Positions 1 through 10,478 are shown, numbered from the stretch's first letter. The stretch: DNA of 64,000 nucleotides from Deltaproteobacteria bacterium RIFCSPHIGHO2_02_FULL_43_33 (GCA_001798165.1 MGRL01000007.1:455-64454); one strand, 5' to 3'. Translations and numbers: made by a program. The notes: a model not told the origin generated them from the sequence alone.

Positions 1-283
1 CCGCAAAAATCATAACGCCTTCCATTGTGCTTTATGAAGTTTATAAAAAAGTAAAAAGGAACGAACAGAGGAAGATGCCCTGCTTGCAGTGTCTTTAATG
101 AACAAAACAAAAATTATTTCGCTTAATGAGAGCCTTGCCCTTTTGGCCGCAGATTTGAGTCTTAAATATGCCTTGCCAATGGCTGATGCAATCGTTTATG
201 CAACTGCATTAGAAAACAACTGTATTGTAATAACCAGTGATGCGCACTTTAAAGGTCTTGATAAGGCAGTGCTTGTTTTGTAA
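1..283 (+). pseudogene. VapC-like PIN-domain toxin gene, apparently frameshifted. The N-terminal part reads in frame 3 up to a TAA at 96-98. The C-terminal part reads in frame 2 from 89.
   Basis: Frame 3 from position 3 translates AKIITPSIVLYEVYKKVKRNEQRKMPCLQCL*. The ORF at 89-283 gives ...ADAIVYATALENNCIVITSDAHFKGL, which resembles a PIN C-terminus. The two halves lie in different frames and overlap at 89-98. Confidence 0.4.
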
Positions 284-682
284 AAGTTAGACCGGGTTGC
301 GCCCACCAGAATAGATTTGAAAAATGGCGGGCAAAGCCCACCCTACAGGCTCAAACTCCACAAAAAGAAAAACCCTTGTCATTGCAGCAATTGATTTTAT
401 AAAAGGTTTAGGGTAATGTAGGCAACAGGGAGGCGAAATATATGCAAACAAACCAAGCAACAGCAGAAGTCTTTTTTACAGCCTTTAAGGCGCTTTAAAC
501 CAATGAACAAGAGGCTTTTCTTGCAAAGGTAATAAGCGACCCTATGCTAAGAGAAGACCTTATTGATATAGCCCTGATTGAGGAAGCAAAGAAGGTCAAG
601 GGTAAGTCAATTTCTGCCGGAGAATATTTTGCAAAGCGTCACAAGACAGGGAAGGCTGCTTGAGTTTTTAATATGTTACTGG

Positions 683-714
683 ATGCCCGCTTTTGCGGGC
701 ATGACATTTTTTCC
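683..714 (+). terminator. Putative intrinsic terminator. Hairpin atgcccgc-tttt-gcgggcat followed by a T-rich tract.
   Basis: Perfect 8-bp stem with a 4-nt loop at 683-702, then gacatttttt. Confidence 0.35.
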
Positions 715-738
715 GATGGAGAGATAGAGAACTAAATC

Positions 739-1926
739 ATGTCAGGCAATATACTCATAGTCGCAGGCGAGGCATCAGGAGATTTGCATGGCTCAAATCT
801 GATAAAATCATTAAAAGAGATAGACCAATCTCTCGTATTTTGCGGTGTTGGCGGAGAGAAAATGAAGTCCCTTGGATTTGATGCAATTGAAGATGCAAGG
901 GAGCTTGCGGTAGTCGGAATTTCAGAGGTTATTCGCAAGCTTGGCAGGCTCTATGCCGCATTTAATAAACTCAAAAAGGCGCTTGATGAAAGAAGGCCGG
1001 ATGTTGTTGTGCTTATAGATTATCCGGATTTTAATCTGCATGTCGCAAAAGAGGCTAAAAAAAGGAAGATTCCTGTAATATATTACATAAGCCCTCAGGT
1101 GTGGGCATGGAGGAGAGGGCGGGTTAAAAAGATAGCAAGGCTTATTGACAAGATGCTTGTTGTCTTTCCGTTTGAAGTAGATATTTACAAGAAGATGGGT
1201 GTGGATGTAGAATATGTCGGCCATCCGCTGTCTGCCGCAGTATCATGCCGGCTTTCTAAAGGAGATGCATTGGCTGAACTTGGAATGGTTCAATGTCAAA
1301 CAGTAGCGCTCTTGCCGGGCAGCAGAAGACAGGAGGTTGCAAGGCTTTTTCCTGTCATGATTTCGGCTGCCTCTGTGATAAAGAAAGAGATGCCGGATGT
1401 TCAATTTGTTTTGCCGGCAGCAGATACGATAGAGGATAATTTCATAAAGAGTTTTATTCATGATAATATTCAGATAAGAATTGTGAGGGGAAAATGTTAC
1501 GAGGCGCTCAGGGCTTCTGATGCTGCAATTGTTGCGTCCGGAACAGCAACGCTTGAAACCGCCTTGATGGAAGTTCCAATGGTTATTGTTTATAAACTCT
1601 CGTTTTTAACTGCTATCTTCGGAAGGTTGTTTGTGCATATTGATGATGTAGGACTTCCCAATATTGTGGCCGGCAGAAGGATAGTGCCGGAGCTTATCCA
1701 GAAGGAGGCTACTCCTTCTGCTCTTGCAGAGAATATTTTAAGGATTTTAAAGGATCGGGATACAAGAGAGAAAATGGTTTATGAACTTAAAGAGGTTAAA
1801 AACAAGATAGGCAAAGTTGACGCATCAAGGAATGCGGCAGAAAAGATTATGCATTATGTTAGAAGTAGGAGGATTGAGGCTGTAGGCAAAACCTCCAACC
1901 TCCAACTTCCAACTTCAAACTTTTAA
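739..1926 (+). CDS. lpxB: Lipid-A-disaccharide synthase
   Basis: 395 aa. The N-terminus is ILIVAGEASGDLHG..., typical of LpxB, and the family length fits. The C-terminal residues QLPTSNF are encoded by a heptamer array at 1892-1920. Confidence 0.9.
   Translation: MSGNILIVAGEASGDLHGSNLIKSLKEIDQSLVFCGVGGEKMKSLGFDAIEDARELAVVGISEVIRKLGRLYAAFNKLKKALDERRPDVVVLIDYPDFNLHVAKEAKKRKIPVIYYISPQVWAWRRGRVKKIARLIDKMLVVFPFEVDIYKKMGVDVEYVGHPLSAAVSCRLSKGDALAELGMVQCQTVALLPGSRRQEVARLFPVMISAASVIKKEMPDVQFVLPAADTIEDNFIKSFIHDNIQIRIVRGKCYEALRASDAAIVASGTATLETALMEVPMVIVYKLSFLTAIFGRLFVHIDDVGLPNIVAGRRIVPELIQKEATPSALAENILRILKDRDTREKMVYELKEVKNKIGKVDASRNAAEKIMHYVRSRRIEAVGKTSNLQLPTSNF
1892..1920 (+). repeat. Heptamer array (CCTCCAA/CTTCCAA)x4 encoding the lpxB C-terminus
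   Basis: cctccaacctccaacttccaacttcaaac. Confidence 0.8.
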
Positions 1927-1931
1927 TCATT

Positions 1932-3719
1932 ATGAAACTCTATCTTCGTCTCTTGAATTTTCTGCTTCACTATTGGGCGCAATTGGCATTGGCAGTATGC
2001 TTTATGATAACCCTTGCGCTTTCCAACGGCGCCTTTGCCTATCTTGTAGGGCCTGTCCTTAAATTTCTGTTTGCCAATAATACAGACAATACAATCAGGC
2101 TTATCCCGCTTGACATCTTCACCTTCGATAGGGCGCAGATGCTTGTAGTAGTGCCTATGGTCATCATTCTTGTTGCCCTCGTGAAAGGTTTGTCATTTTT
2201 TGGCCAGGCCTATTTTATGGGTTATATTGGCCAGAGGATAGTTGCCGATATACGGCAGTTTCTCTATAAGCATATCCTCAATCTTCCGATTTCTTATTTT
2301 ACCAAAAACTCAACAGGCGCATTGATGTCAAGGGTTACCAATGATGTGGGTATGCTGCAAAATACAGCAGCAGATTCAGTGGCGACATTGCTTCGAGAGA
2401 GCCTTACGATTATAGCGCTGGCCACAGTAGTCATAGGAAAGGACTGGAAGCTTGCAGCAGCAACCTTTATCGCATTTCCGCTTGCCATATATCCCATGGT
2501 GAGATTTAGCAAGAAGATGCGCAAGGTCTCTACACAGGGTCAGGCAAGCATGGGCGCCATGACAACGCTTTTGCACGAGGCAATAGCCGGCATAAAGATT
2601 GTAAAGGCATTCTGCATGGAAAAGTATGAGGAGCTTATGTTTGGCAAGGAGAATGAAAGGTTTTCAAGGTTCAGAATGAAGTCAATAAAAGTAAGGGCTA
2701 TTGCATCGCCGCTTATGGAGATGTTTGGGGCAATCGGCTTTGCGATTACCATATGGTATGCAGCATACAGAATTCAGAACAACACATTGAAACCCGAAGA
2801 CTTTATATCTTTCTTTGCGGCAGTTCTTATGCTGTATCAACCAATCAAGGCGCTCAATGGCGTTAATATGAATATCCAGCAAGGTCTTGCAGCAGCAGCG
2901 CGGGTATTTGAGCTTTTGGATGTCCCTCAAGAAACAAAGGATAAAGGGAATGCAAAGAGGATTGACAGCATACAACATAGCATTGAATTTCACGATGTAT
3001 CGTTCGGATATGGCGACAAGTGGGTTTTGAAAGGCATTAATCTCAAACTGAGAAAGGGAGAGATTATCGCAATAGTTGGGACAAGCGGCGTTGGCAAGAC
3101 TACCTTTGTAAACCTCCTTCCAAGATTTTATGATGTGACTGAAGGGGCTATACTTTTTGACGGCGCCGACATCAGAGATGTAACTAAAGATTCGCTCAGG
3201 GCCCAAATTGCGATCGTGTCGCAGCAGGTTGTTTTATTTAACGATACTGTAAAGAAGAACATTGCCTATGGAGATGTTGAAAGAAATGAGGCTGACATAA
3301 TAAATGCTGCAAAGGCCGCCAATGCCGATGTCTTTATTAGAAGACTGCCGCTGGGATATGATACGATAATCGGCGAAGGCGGCGTCAGGCTTTCAGGCGG
3401 CGAAAGGCAGAGGCTCTCCATTGCAAGGGCAATTCTCAAGAATGCGCCTATTCTTATCTTAGATGAGGCAACATCATCTTTGGATACTGAGTCAGAGATG
3501 GAAGTTCAGAAGGGATTGAATAATCTTGTGCATGGAAGAACCACCTTTGTTGTAGCTCACAGGCTTTCTACAGTGAGGAATGCAGACAGGATTATTGTAT
3601 TGGCTGACAGCGGAATAAAAGAGATGGGAAGGCATGAAGAGCTGTTAAGGCTTGGCGGAGAATACTCTCGTATTTATAAGATGCAGTTTCAGGGGAGTGA
3701 GTTAGAGGTTGGAGGTTAG
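1932..3719 (+). CDS. msbA: Lipid A export ABC transporter, fused permease/ATPase (MsbA-like)
   Basis: 595 aa with six N-terminal TM helices and a C-terminal ABC ATPase domain (Walker A GTSGVGKTT, ABC signature LSGGERQRLSIARA, Walker B ILILDEAT). Its position between lpxB and kdtA fits MsbA. Confidence 0.85.
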   Translation: MKLYLRLLNFLLHYWAQLALAVCFMITLALSNGAFAYLVGPVLKFLFANNTDNTIRLIPLDIFTFDRAQMLVVVPMVIILVALVKGLSFFGQAYFMGYIGQRIVADIRQFLYKHILNLPISYFTKNSTGALMSRVTNDVGMLQNTAADSVATLLRESLTIIALATVVIGKDWKLAAATFIAFPLAIYPMVRFSKKMRKVSTQGQASMGAMTTLLHEAIAGIKIVKAFCMEKYEELMFGKENERFSRFRMKSIKVRAIASPLMEMFGAIGFAITIWYAAYRIQNNTLKPEDFISFFAAVLMLYQPIKALNGVNMNIQQGLAAAARVFELLDVPQETKDKGNAKRIDSIQHSIEFHDVSFGYGDKWVLKGINLKLRKGEIIAIVGTSGVGKTTFVNLLPRFYDVTEGAILFDGADIRDVTKDSLRAQIAIVSQQVVLFNDTVKKNIAYGDVERNEADIINAAKAANADVFIRRLPLGYDTIIGEGGVRLSGGERQRLSIARAILKNAPILILDEATSSLDTESEMEVQKGLNNLVHGRTTFVVAHRLSTVRNADRIIVLADSGIKEMGRHEELLRLGGEYSRIYKMQFQGSELEVGG

Positions 3720-3730
3720 AGGTTGGAGGT
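3699..3730 (+). repeat. Heptamer array (AGGTTAG/AGGTTGG)x4 at the msbA stop
   Basis: gagttagaggttggaggttagaggttggaggt. Confidence 0.8.
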
Positions 3731-3768
3731 ATAATCATTTGCCTCAAACCTTATGCACGATTTTTGTT

Positions 3769-4451
3769 ATGAAGAATATATTAAATAAGCTTACTATCGC
3801 CATAGCGCCGTTTTTGGCGTCATTGCTGATAAAATTTCTTGCCATCACTATGAGAATTTCATATGTCAATTTTGAAAAGATACGAGATGATTGGCAAAGC
3901 GGCAAGAATGTGATTATTGCCTTTTGGCACGGAAGGCTTTTAATGATGCCCATTATGTATAAAGGCAGCGGCATAAGCGTACTGGTAAGCCAGCACAAGG
4001 ATGGCGAGTTAATCGCAAGAACTGTAAAGATATTTAATATTGATTCTGTCAGAGGCTCTTCTACGAGGGGCTGGTTGGGCGGCGTAAAGGGGCTTTTAAA
4101 GGCTGTCAAAAGAGGTAAAGACATAGCCATAACGCCTGATGGCCCAAAAGGCCCAAAGTTTAATGTGCAGATGGGAATAATACATTTAGCAAAGCTGACA
4201 GACCTTCCGATAATACCCATGAGCTTCAGCGCCTCAAAAAAAAAACTTTTAAGAGTTGGGACGGGTTTATCATACCTTATCCATTCTCAGAAGGCGTGTT
4301 CATCTGCGGCGATATTATAACTATTAATCATGATGCAACTGACGATGAATTGGAGCAAAAGAGGGTGGCATTGCAAAAAAGCCTCATGGAAATTACAGAA
4401 AGGGCGGACAGTTATTTCGTTGGAGGTAAGAGGATTAAGGTTAGAGGATAA
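3769..4451 (+). CDS. DUF374-family protein (lysophospholipid acyltransferase-like domain often adjacent to kdtA), interrupted by an apparent frameshift at an A10 homopolymer (4236-4245).
   Basis: Frame 1 reads MKNILNKL...FWHGRLLMMP...ITPDGPKGPK...SFSASKKK. After the A10 tract the protein continues in frame 3 as TFKSWDGFIIPYPFSEGVFICGDIITINHDATDDELEQKRVALQKSLMEITERADSYF and ends at a TAA at 4449-4451. An A11 or A8 tract would give a single ORF of about 227 aa. Confidence 0.6.
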
Positions 4452-4585
4452 AGGCAAAAGAAGTTGGAGGCAGGAGGATAGAGGTTAGAGGCAAATGCTT
4501 TCGCCTCCATCCTCAAACCTCACACCTCTAACATGCTTCTAAGTTCTTGCCTCCGACCTCTACCCTTTAACCTCATTCTAAATTC
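4420..4585. repeat. Inverted heptamer arrays of AGGTTAG type and their complement, forming a roughly 160-bp imperfect palindrome between DUF374 and kdtA
   Basis: ggaggtaagaggattaaggttagaggataaagg...ttggaggcaggaggatagaggttagaggcaaatgctttcgcctccatcctcaaacctcacacctctaac...cctccgacctctaccctttaacctc. Confidence 0.7.
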
Positions 4586-4587
4586 TG

Positions 4588-5913
4588 ATGTATCTCCTCT
4601 ACGACATCCTTCTTCATCTTTCCCTTGTTCTCCTTCTGCCATATTTCCTTTTTAAGATGCTCTTTGTCGGCAAATACAGAAAGGGCATTTGGGAGAGATT
4701 TGGTTTTATAGGAGAAGAAAAACTAAAAAACCTTTTTGCCGGCTGTGCTGAGTGCCATGGGAAAAAAATTGTTTGGTTCCATGCAGTTTCTGTCGGCGAG
4801 ACCAAAGCTGTCCTGCCGCTTGTCAGGCTTTTAAAGGAAAAACATCCGGATAGAAAAGTTGTATTTTCTACAGTTACACCCACTGGTAATGCAGTTGCTG
4901 AGAAAGAAGGCTGCCAATGGATTGACAGTCTTATATATTTTCCCTTAGATTTTAACTGGGTTGTTAATAAGATTGTAAGGTTAATAAAACCCAGTGTCTT
5001 TGTAGTGGTAGAAAAAGAGATATGGCCGAACATATTGAGGGTTTTGAAAAAAGATAAAGTCCCTGTATTAATTGTAAATGGTGTAATATCAGACCGCTCT
5101 TTCGAAAGATATAAGCTGTTTGGTTTCTTCTTTATAAGAATCTTTAAGAATATATCTGCTTTTTTAAGCCAGACAAAAAAAGACAGCGATAAGGCAATAG
5201 CATTAGGAATAGAAGCGCAGAGGGTTATGCTAACCGGCAATATGAAGTTTGATATAACACCCCCTCTTTGGCATCTTTCTGAGAGAGAGGCTTTTATGCA
5301 AGGGCTTGGTATAAAGGATAGCGATAAAATAGTTGTTGCAGGAAGCACGCACGCAGGCGAGGAAGAGATTATATTAAATGTCTTTCAAAGGCTTAAGCAT
5401 GAGTTTCCGAATTTAAAATTAATACTTGCACCGCGGCATCCGGAGAGATTTAATGAAGTGGAGAAACTTGTCAGAGAGAAAGGACTTGCTGTTGTAAGAC
5501 GAACTGCTGTAACTCCCGCCTCCCGCCTCCAGCCCCCTGCCTCCCATGACGTAATCCTTCTGGATACTATCGGAGAGCTTTCCATGATATACAGTCTTGC
5601 CACAGCAGCCTTTGTCGGTGGGACTCTTGTAAATATCGGCGGGCATAATCTTATGGAGCCGGCGCTTTATAGGAAGCCAGTGATTTACGGTCCATCTATA
5701 AAGAGCTGTCTTGAAATGGCAGAGATGCTTGAATCTGCAGGCGGAGCTATACGGGTAAATAGCGAAGAAACATTATTTGAGAATATAAGAGAGTTGTTAT
5801 TGGATGAAACCTATAGGCAAAATATTGGCAATGCTGCATACAGCGTAGTGGAGGCCAATAAAGGGGCAACAGAGAAATGTTTGAGAGTTTTAGAAAGGTT
5901 AATGGTGGAATAA
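4588..5913 (+). CDS. kdtA: 3-deoxy-D-manno-octulosonic acid (Kdo) transferase
   Basis: 441 aa. Motifs FHAVSVGETKAVLPLVRLLKEKHPDRKVVFSTVTPTG and the C-terminal glycosyltransferase region GGHNLMEPA are typical of KdtA/WaaA. Residues TAVTPASRLQPPASH at 5515-5545 are encoded by a heptamer-like repeat. Confidence 0.9.
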   Translation: MYLLYDILLHLSLVLLLPYFLFKMLFVGKYRKGIWERFGFIGEEKLKNLFAGCAECHGKKIVWFHAVSVGETKAVLPLVRLLKEKHPDRKVVFSTVTPTGNAVAEKEGCQWIDSLIYFPLDFNWVVNKIVRLIKPSVFVVVEKEIWPNILRVLKKDKVPVLIVNGVISDRSFERYKLFGFFFIRIFKNISAFLSQTKKDSDKAIALGIEAQRVMLTGNMKFDITPPLWHLSEREAFMQGLGIKDSDKIVVAGSTHAGEEEIILNVFQRLKHEFPNLKLILAPRHPERFNEVEKLVREKGLAVVRRTAVTPASRLQPPASHDVILLDTIGELSMIYSLATAAFVGGTLVNIGGHNLMEPALYRKPVIYGPSIKSCLEMAEMLESAGGAIRVNSEETLFENIRELLLDETYRQNIGNAAYSVVEANKGATEKCLRVLERLMVE

Positions 5914-5947
5914 TATTTAAGGGTATGTTATAAAAAACGAAGCCACA

Positions 5948-6010
5948 AGATTCAAGATGCAAGTTCCAAGTTTTTACTTGCGGCTTATAACTTATAACTT
6001 GCGACTATAA
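5948..6010. repeat. Inverted heptamer arrays, (CAAGATT)n then (TAACTTG)n, between kdtA and secA
   Basis: caagattcaagatgcaagttccaagtttttacttgcggcttataacttataacttgcgactataa. Confidence 0.7.
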
Positions 6011-6033
6011 ATAGAGAGGGAGAATTTAAAATC

Positions 6034-8745
6034 ATGTTAGGCGCAACTTTAAAAAAGATATTTGGAAGCAGGAATGAAAGGGAGCTTAAAAAGATACAGC
6101 CTGTTGTTGAAAAAATCAACAGCCTTGAGCCGGATATGAAAAAGCTTGAGGACGCTGAACTTGCGGCGCTTACGCCAAAATTCAAGGAAAGGCTTGCACA
6201 AGGCGAGACGCTGGATGATATATTGCCGGAGGCATTTGCTGTTGTGAGAGAAGTATCCAAGCGGAAACTGAACATGCGGCATTTTGATGTTCAGCTTTTG
6301 GGCGGGATAGTGCTGCATCAGGGCAAGATTGCAGAGATGAAGACAGGGGAAGGCAAGACCCTTGTTGCAACGTTGCCATTATATTTGAATGCGCTGGAAG
6401 GCAGAGGATGTCATCTTATTACCGTAAATGACTATCTTGCAAAGAGAGACACCCAGTGGATGGGGCCGATATATCACAGTCTCGGTTTATCAATCGGCGT
6501 AATACAGCACGATGCGTCATTTTTGTATGACCCGACCTATTCAGGGAGTGATGAGCGGCTTTTCCATCTGAGGCCGTGCAGCAGAAAAGAGGCATATCAG
6601 GCTGATATTACTTACGGCACAAACAACGAATACGGTTTTGATTATCTGCGGGACAATATGAAATTTTCTCTTGAAGATTATGTGCAGAGAGAGCTTAACT
6701 ATGCAATAGTTGACGAAGTGGACAGCATCCTTATCGATGAGGCAAGGACACCGCTGATTATCTCAGGCCCTGCTGAGGAATCAACGGATAAATATTACAC
6801 GATAGACAGGATAATACCAGGCCTTAAAAAAGATGCGCATTTTACCGTAGATGAAAAGGCAAGGCAGGTTATATTGACTGAAGAAGGGATAGAAAAGGTT
6901 GAGCATTTGCTGAATATAGAGAATTTATACGACCCGCGATATATTGAGGTTCTTCACCACGTAAATCAGGCATTACGGGCGCATGTGCTTTTTCGTAAGG
7001 ATGTAGACTATATTGTAAAGGAAGATCAGGTTATTATCGTGGATGAGTTTACCGGGAGGCTCATGCCTGGCCGGCGCTGGAGCGACGGGCTTCATCAGGC
7101 AATTGAGGCAAAGGAAAAGGCAAAGATAGAAAATGAAAACCAAACCCTTGCTACTATTACCTTTCAAAACTATTTCAGGATGTATAACAAGCTGTCAGGC
7201 ATGACAGGCACAGCAGACACAGAGGCATCTGAGTTTCATGCAATTTATAAGCTTGAAGTAATGATTATGCCTCCTAATAAACCTATGGGCAGGGCTGACC
7301 ATTCTGATTTAATCTATAAGACCGAGAAAGAAAAATTCAATGCAGTCATACGAGAGATAAAGGAATGGCACGAAAAGGGGAGGCCTGTTCTGGTCGGCAC
7401 CATATCCATTGAAAAATCAGAAAGGCTGGCGAACCTTCTTGGCAAACACGGCGTCAAACATCATGTGTTAAATGCGAAACACCACGAAAAAGAAGCAGAG
7501 ATAATATCTCAGGCAGGGAGGGTGGGCGCTGTAACACTCTCAACTAACATGGCCGGAAGGGGAACGGATATTATACTCGGCGGAAATTCTGAGGCAATGG
7601 CCGCGCAAAAGGCAGGAAAAGATGATACAACCGATGCATATAAATATGCGTTAGATGCCGCAAGGCAGCTTTGTGAGGAAGAAAAGAAGCAGGTGATTGA
7701 ACTCGGCGGCTTGCATATCATCGGTACGGAGAGACACGAATCAAGAAGGATTGATAATCAGCTCCGGGGCCGCGCAGGCAGGCAGGGCGACCCTGGTTCA
7801 TCAAGATTCTATCTCTCCCTGGAGGACGACCTGCTGCGTATATTCGGCTCCGAAAGAATTTCATCCATCATGGATAGATTGGGGATGGAAGAGGACGTTC
7901 CGATTGAGCATGGTCTTGTCAGCAAGGCAATAGAAAATGCCCAGAAAAAAGTGGAGGCGCATAATTTTGACATAAGAAAGCATCTGCTTGAGTATGACGA
8001 TGTAATGAACCAGCAGAGAATGGTGGTTTATAAATATAGGCGGCAGATACTTGCTCAGGAAGGATTGAGGGATATGGTTATCGGATTTATAGAGGATGTG
8101 GCAGAAGAGATAGGCTTTACTTATGTTGATGAAAAAAGCCATCCCGAAGATTGGGATAAGAAGACAATAAAGGATGTGGTCTATAAGCAATTTGATATGC
8201 AGTTTGACGATAAGGAATTTGAGACCATAGAAACGCGAGACAGGCTGATAGATGCTGTTTCTGAATGCGCAAAAAAGACATACGAGAAAAAAGCTGGGTC
8301 AATTGGAGAAGAGCCATTCAGACATCTGGAAAAAATAGTAATGCTTCATACCTTAGATACGTTGTGGAAAGACCATCTTCTTGCGATGGACCATCTGAAA
8401 GAGGGGATAGGGCTTCGGGGTTATGGCCAGAAAAATCCTTTGCAGGAATATAAAAAAGAAGGGTTCGAACTTTTTACAGATATGATATTCAGGCTGAAAC
8501 AGGAAGTATCAGAGAGGCTTTTTAAAGTACAGATTGCAAAGGAAGAAGAGGTGGCAAGCCTTGAGCCTGTAAAAAGACCGCAGAACTTTGTGCTCTCCAG
8601 AGGTGCGGAAGGCCAGAGGCAAGGGGGCATAGGCAAGGGGCAAGAAGAAAAGCCAAAACCGGTTCATGTGGAGGAGAAGATAGGCAGGAACGAGCCCTGC
8701 CCATGCGGAAGCGGGAAAAAGTATAAGAAGTGCTGCGGGAAGTAG
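6034..8745 (+). CDS. secA: Preprotein translocase ATPase SecA
   Basis: 903 aa with a DEAD motor ([33 protein letters not shown]). The C-terminus has the zinc finger [14 protein letters not shown]. Confidence 0.95.
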   Translation: MLGATLKKIFGSRNERELKKIQPVVEKINSLEPDMKKLEDAELAALTPKFKERLAQGETLDDILPEAFAVVREVSKRKLNMRHFDVQLLGGIVLHQGKIAEMKTGEGKTLVATLPLYLNALEGRGCHLITVNDYLAKRDTQWMGPIYHSLGLSIGVIQHDASFLYDPTYSGSDERLFHLRPCSRKEAYQADITYGTNNEYGFDYLRDNMKFSLEDYVQRELNYAIVDEVDSILIDEARTPLIISGPAEESTDKYYTIDRIIPGLKKDAHFTVDEKARQVILTEEGIEKVEHLLNIENLYDPRYIEVLHHVNQALRAHVLFRKDVDYIVKEDQVIIVDEFTGRLMPGRRWSDGLHQAIEAKEKAKIENENQTLATITFQNYFRMYNKLSGMTGTADTEASEFHAIYKLEVMIMPPNKPMGRADHSDLIYKTEKEKFNAVIREIKEWHEKGRPVLVGTISIEKSERLANLLGKHGVKHHVLNAKHHEKEAEIISQAGRVGAVTLSTNMAGRGTDIILGGNSEAMAAQKAGKDDTTDAYKYALDAARQLCEEEKKQVIELGGLHIIGTERHESRRIDNQLRGRAGRQGDPGSSRFYLSLEDDLLRIFGSERISSIMDRLGMEEDVPIEHGLVSKAIENAQKKVEAHNFDIRKHLLEYDDVMNQQRMVVYKYRRQILAQEGLRDMVIGFIEDVAEEIGFTYVDEKSHPEDWDKKTIKDVVYKQFDMQFDDKEFETIETRDRLIDAVSECAKKTYEKKAGSIGEEPFRHLEKIVMLHTLDTLWKDHLLAMDHLKEGIGLRGYGQKNPLQEYKKEGFELFTDMIFRLKQEVSERLFKVQIAKEEEVASLEPVKRPQNFVLSRGAEGQRQGGIGKGQEEKPKPVHVEEKIGRNEPCPCGSGKKYKKCCGK

Positions 8746-8748
8746 TTT

Positions 8749-9960
8749 ATGAAAATCGCAAATCGCAAATCACAAATCGCAAATTTTTCTGTCCCCGGCT
8801 TCAAAGCCGCCGGCATTTCGTGCGGTGTCAAAAAAAATGGCAATAAAGACCTTGCCCTGATTTATTCGGCGGTGCCTGCTGTTGCGGCAGGCGTATTTAC
8901 GAAAAACAAGGTCAAGGCCGCGCCTGTTTTGCTTGACATGGGGCGGATGAAAAAGGGATTTTGTCAGGCCGTGATTATCAACAGCGGGAACGCCAATGCC
9001 TGCACAGGCAAAAAGGGCATGGAAGATGCGGCGCGAATGGTTATAGCAGTTGAAGATGCGCTTGGAATAAAAAAGGGGCTCGCGATGGTTTCGTCAACGG
9101 GCGTTATTGGACAGAATCTTCAGATTGACAAAATAGAAAAGGGGATTCCGAAACTTGTTGCGTCCCTTTCATCAAAAGGGTGGAATGACGCGGCTCATGC
9201 GATTATGACAAGCGACGCCTTTCCCAAGTTTGCGTTTGAAAAATGCAGGATAGGCGGAAAAGAGATTTCTGTTTTAGGCATTGCCAAAGGCGCGGGCATG
9301 ATATGTCCGGATATGGCTACCATGTTGGCTTTTCTGGCAACTGATGCTGCAATAGAGCAAAAGACTTTACAAGCGATGTTGAAAAAAGCGGTTGATAATT
9401 CGTTTAACTCTATTACTGTTGACGGAGATACATCAACGAATGATACGGCGCTGATACTTGCAAACGGGAAAGCAGGAAACAAACAATTCACAATTCACAG
9501 TTCACAGTTCACGCTTTTTTGTGAGATGTTAGAAAGGGTTTGTTTACAGTTGGCAAAGATGATTGTCATGGACGGCGAAGGCGCGACAAAGTTGTTGGAG
9601 TTTAATGTCATCGGCGCAAAGACAGACAGCGACGCAAAAAAGGTTGCGGAGAGTGTTGCGAATTCACCGCTTGTGAAGACTGCATTCTTTGGCGAGGATG
9701 CAAACTGGGGAAGGATAATTGCGGCAATAGGCCGCTCAGGCGCATACATGAAAGAAGAAAAGGTAAATATATATTTCAATGGTGTGCCTGTTGTATTAAA
9801 AGGCCTTGACGCAGGACGAGAAAAGGATGCGGCAAAGACCGTTAAGAATGAGAATATCTGTATAAGAATTGAGATGGGTTTGGGCAAAGGCAAAAAGACA
9901 GTTTGGGCAAGCGATCTGTCGTATAAGTATGTGAAGATAAATGCGGCATATAGAACATAA
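8749..9960 (+). CDS. argJ: Bifunctional ornithine acetyltransferase / N-acetylglutamate synthase
   Basis: 403 aa with ...ATMLAFLATDAAI... and TVDGDTSTNDT, and the C-terminal signature. The N-terminal KIANRKSQIAN is encoded by an (AAATCGC)x4 array. An internal stretch KQFTIHSSQFTLF comes from a heptamer array at 9484-9513. Confidence 0.85.
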   Translation: MKIANRKSQIANFSVPGFKAAGISCGVKKNGNKDLALIYSAVPAVAAGVFTKNKVKAAPVLLDMGRMKKGFCQAVIINSGNANACTGKKGMEDAARMVIAVEDALGIKKGLAMVSSTGVIGQNLQIDKIEKGIPKLVASLSSKGWNDAAHAIMTSDAFPKFAFEKCRIGGKEISVLGIAKGAGMICPDMATMLAFLATDAAIEQKTLQAMLKKAVDNSFNSITVDGDTSTNDTALILANGKAGNKQFTIHSSQFTLFCEMLERVCLQLAKMIVMDGEGATKLLEFNVIGAKTDSDAKKVAESVANSPLVKTAFFGEDANWGRIIAAIGRSGAYMKEEKVNIYFNGVPVVLKGLDAGREKDAAKTVKNENICIRIEMGLGKGKKTVWASDLSYKYVKINAAYRT

Positions 9961-9963
9961 AGA

Positions 9964-10029
9964 CCGTTATCCGTGTCCGTTGTCCGTGTCCGTGAAGAAA
10001 ATTTTAACGGTCACGGTTCACGGTCACGA
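9964..10029. repeat. Heptamer arrays (GTCCGTG)n then gaagaaaattttaa then (CGGTCAC)n. Left copy of the direct repeat flanking the HEPN gene.
   Basis: ccgttatccgtgtccgttgtccgtgtccgtgaagaaaattttaacggtcacggttcacggtcacg. Confidence 0.75.
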
Positions 10030-10051
10030 GAGACGGTATTTCGGAGGTTTT

Positions 10052-10474
10052 ATGGAAGGTTTGGCAAAAGAGGCGGACAGATGGTTCAGGCAGGCAGAGA
10101 ATGATTTGAAGGCAGCGCAGTGGAGCCAGCAGGGAGGTTTTCATGCCCAAACATGTTTTTGGGCGCAGCAGTCAGCAGCAAAGGCATTAAGGGCATTTTT
10201 ATTTATAAATAAAGAAGATGCAAAGGAAACCAGGTCTGTCAGTGAGCTCCTTGAAAGGTGCCTTACGTATGATGAGGAATTTAAATCAGTTATTGAACAT
10301 AGCAGCAGACTGGATATATATTATAAGACAACACGTTATCCTGACAGCCTTCCGGGCGGCATACCAGCAGAGCTTATTTCCAGCAGGGATTCCAAAGAGG
10401 CTGTGAAGATTGCATCAGATATACTATCTCTTGTTGAGGAAAAGAGAAAGGCATATGTGCCGGAGAGGATGTAA
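10052..10474 (+). CDS. HEPN-domain protein. It is an orphan with no adjacent nucleotidyltransferase.
   Basis: MEGLAKEADRWFRQAENDLKAAQW...CFWAQQSAAKALRAFL...YYKTTRYPD matches the HEPN (PF05168-like) pattern. A GGAGG ribosome-binding site sits 4 nt upstream of the ATG at 10052. The six-frame ORF beginning at 9941 extends back across the heptamer repeat. Confidence 0.65.
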   Translation: MEGLAKEADRWFRQAENDLKAAQWSQQGGFHAQTCFWAQQSAAKALRAFLFINKEDAKETRSVSELLERCLTYDEEFKSVIEHSSRLDIYYKTTRYPDSLPGGIPAELISSRDSKEAVKIASDILSLVEEKRKAYVPERM

Positions 10475-10478
10475 AAAC

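Noticed and set aside
2294-3206. Minus-strand ORFs of 66 to 174 aa antisense to msbA, and similar antisense ORFs inside secA, pilY1, carB and other genes
   Set aside because: Each is fully contained within a strongly supported plus-strand gene and has no recognisable motif. These are typical shadow ORFs.
10218-10406. 62-aa ORF nested in the HEPN gene
   Set aside because: It is an alternative frame inside a better-supported coding sequence and has no independent support.
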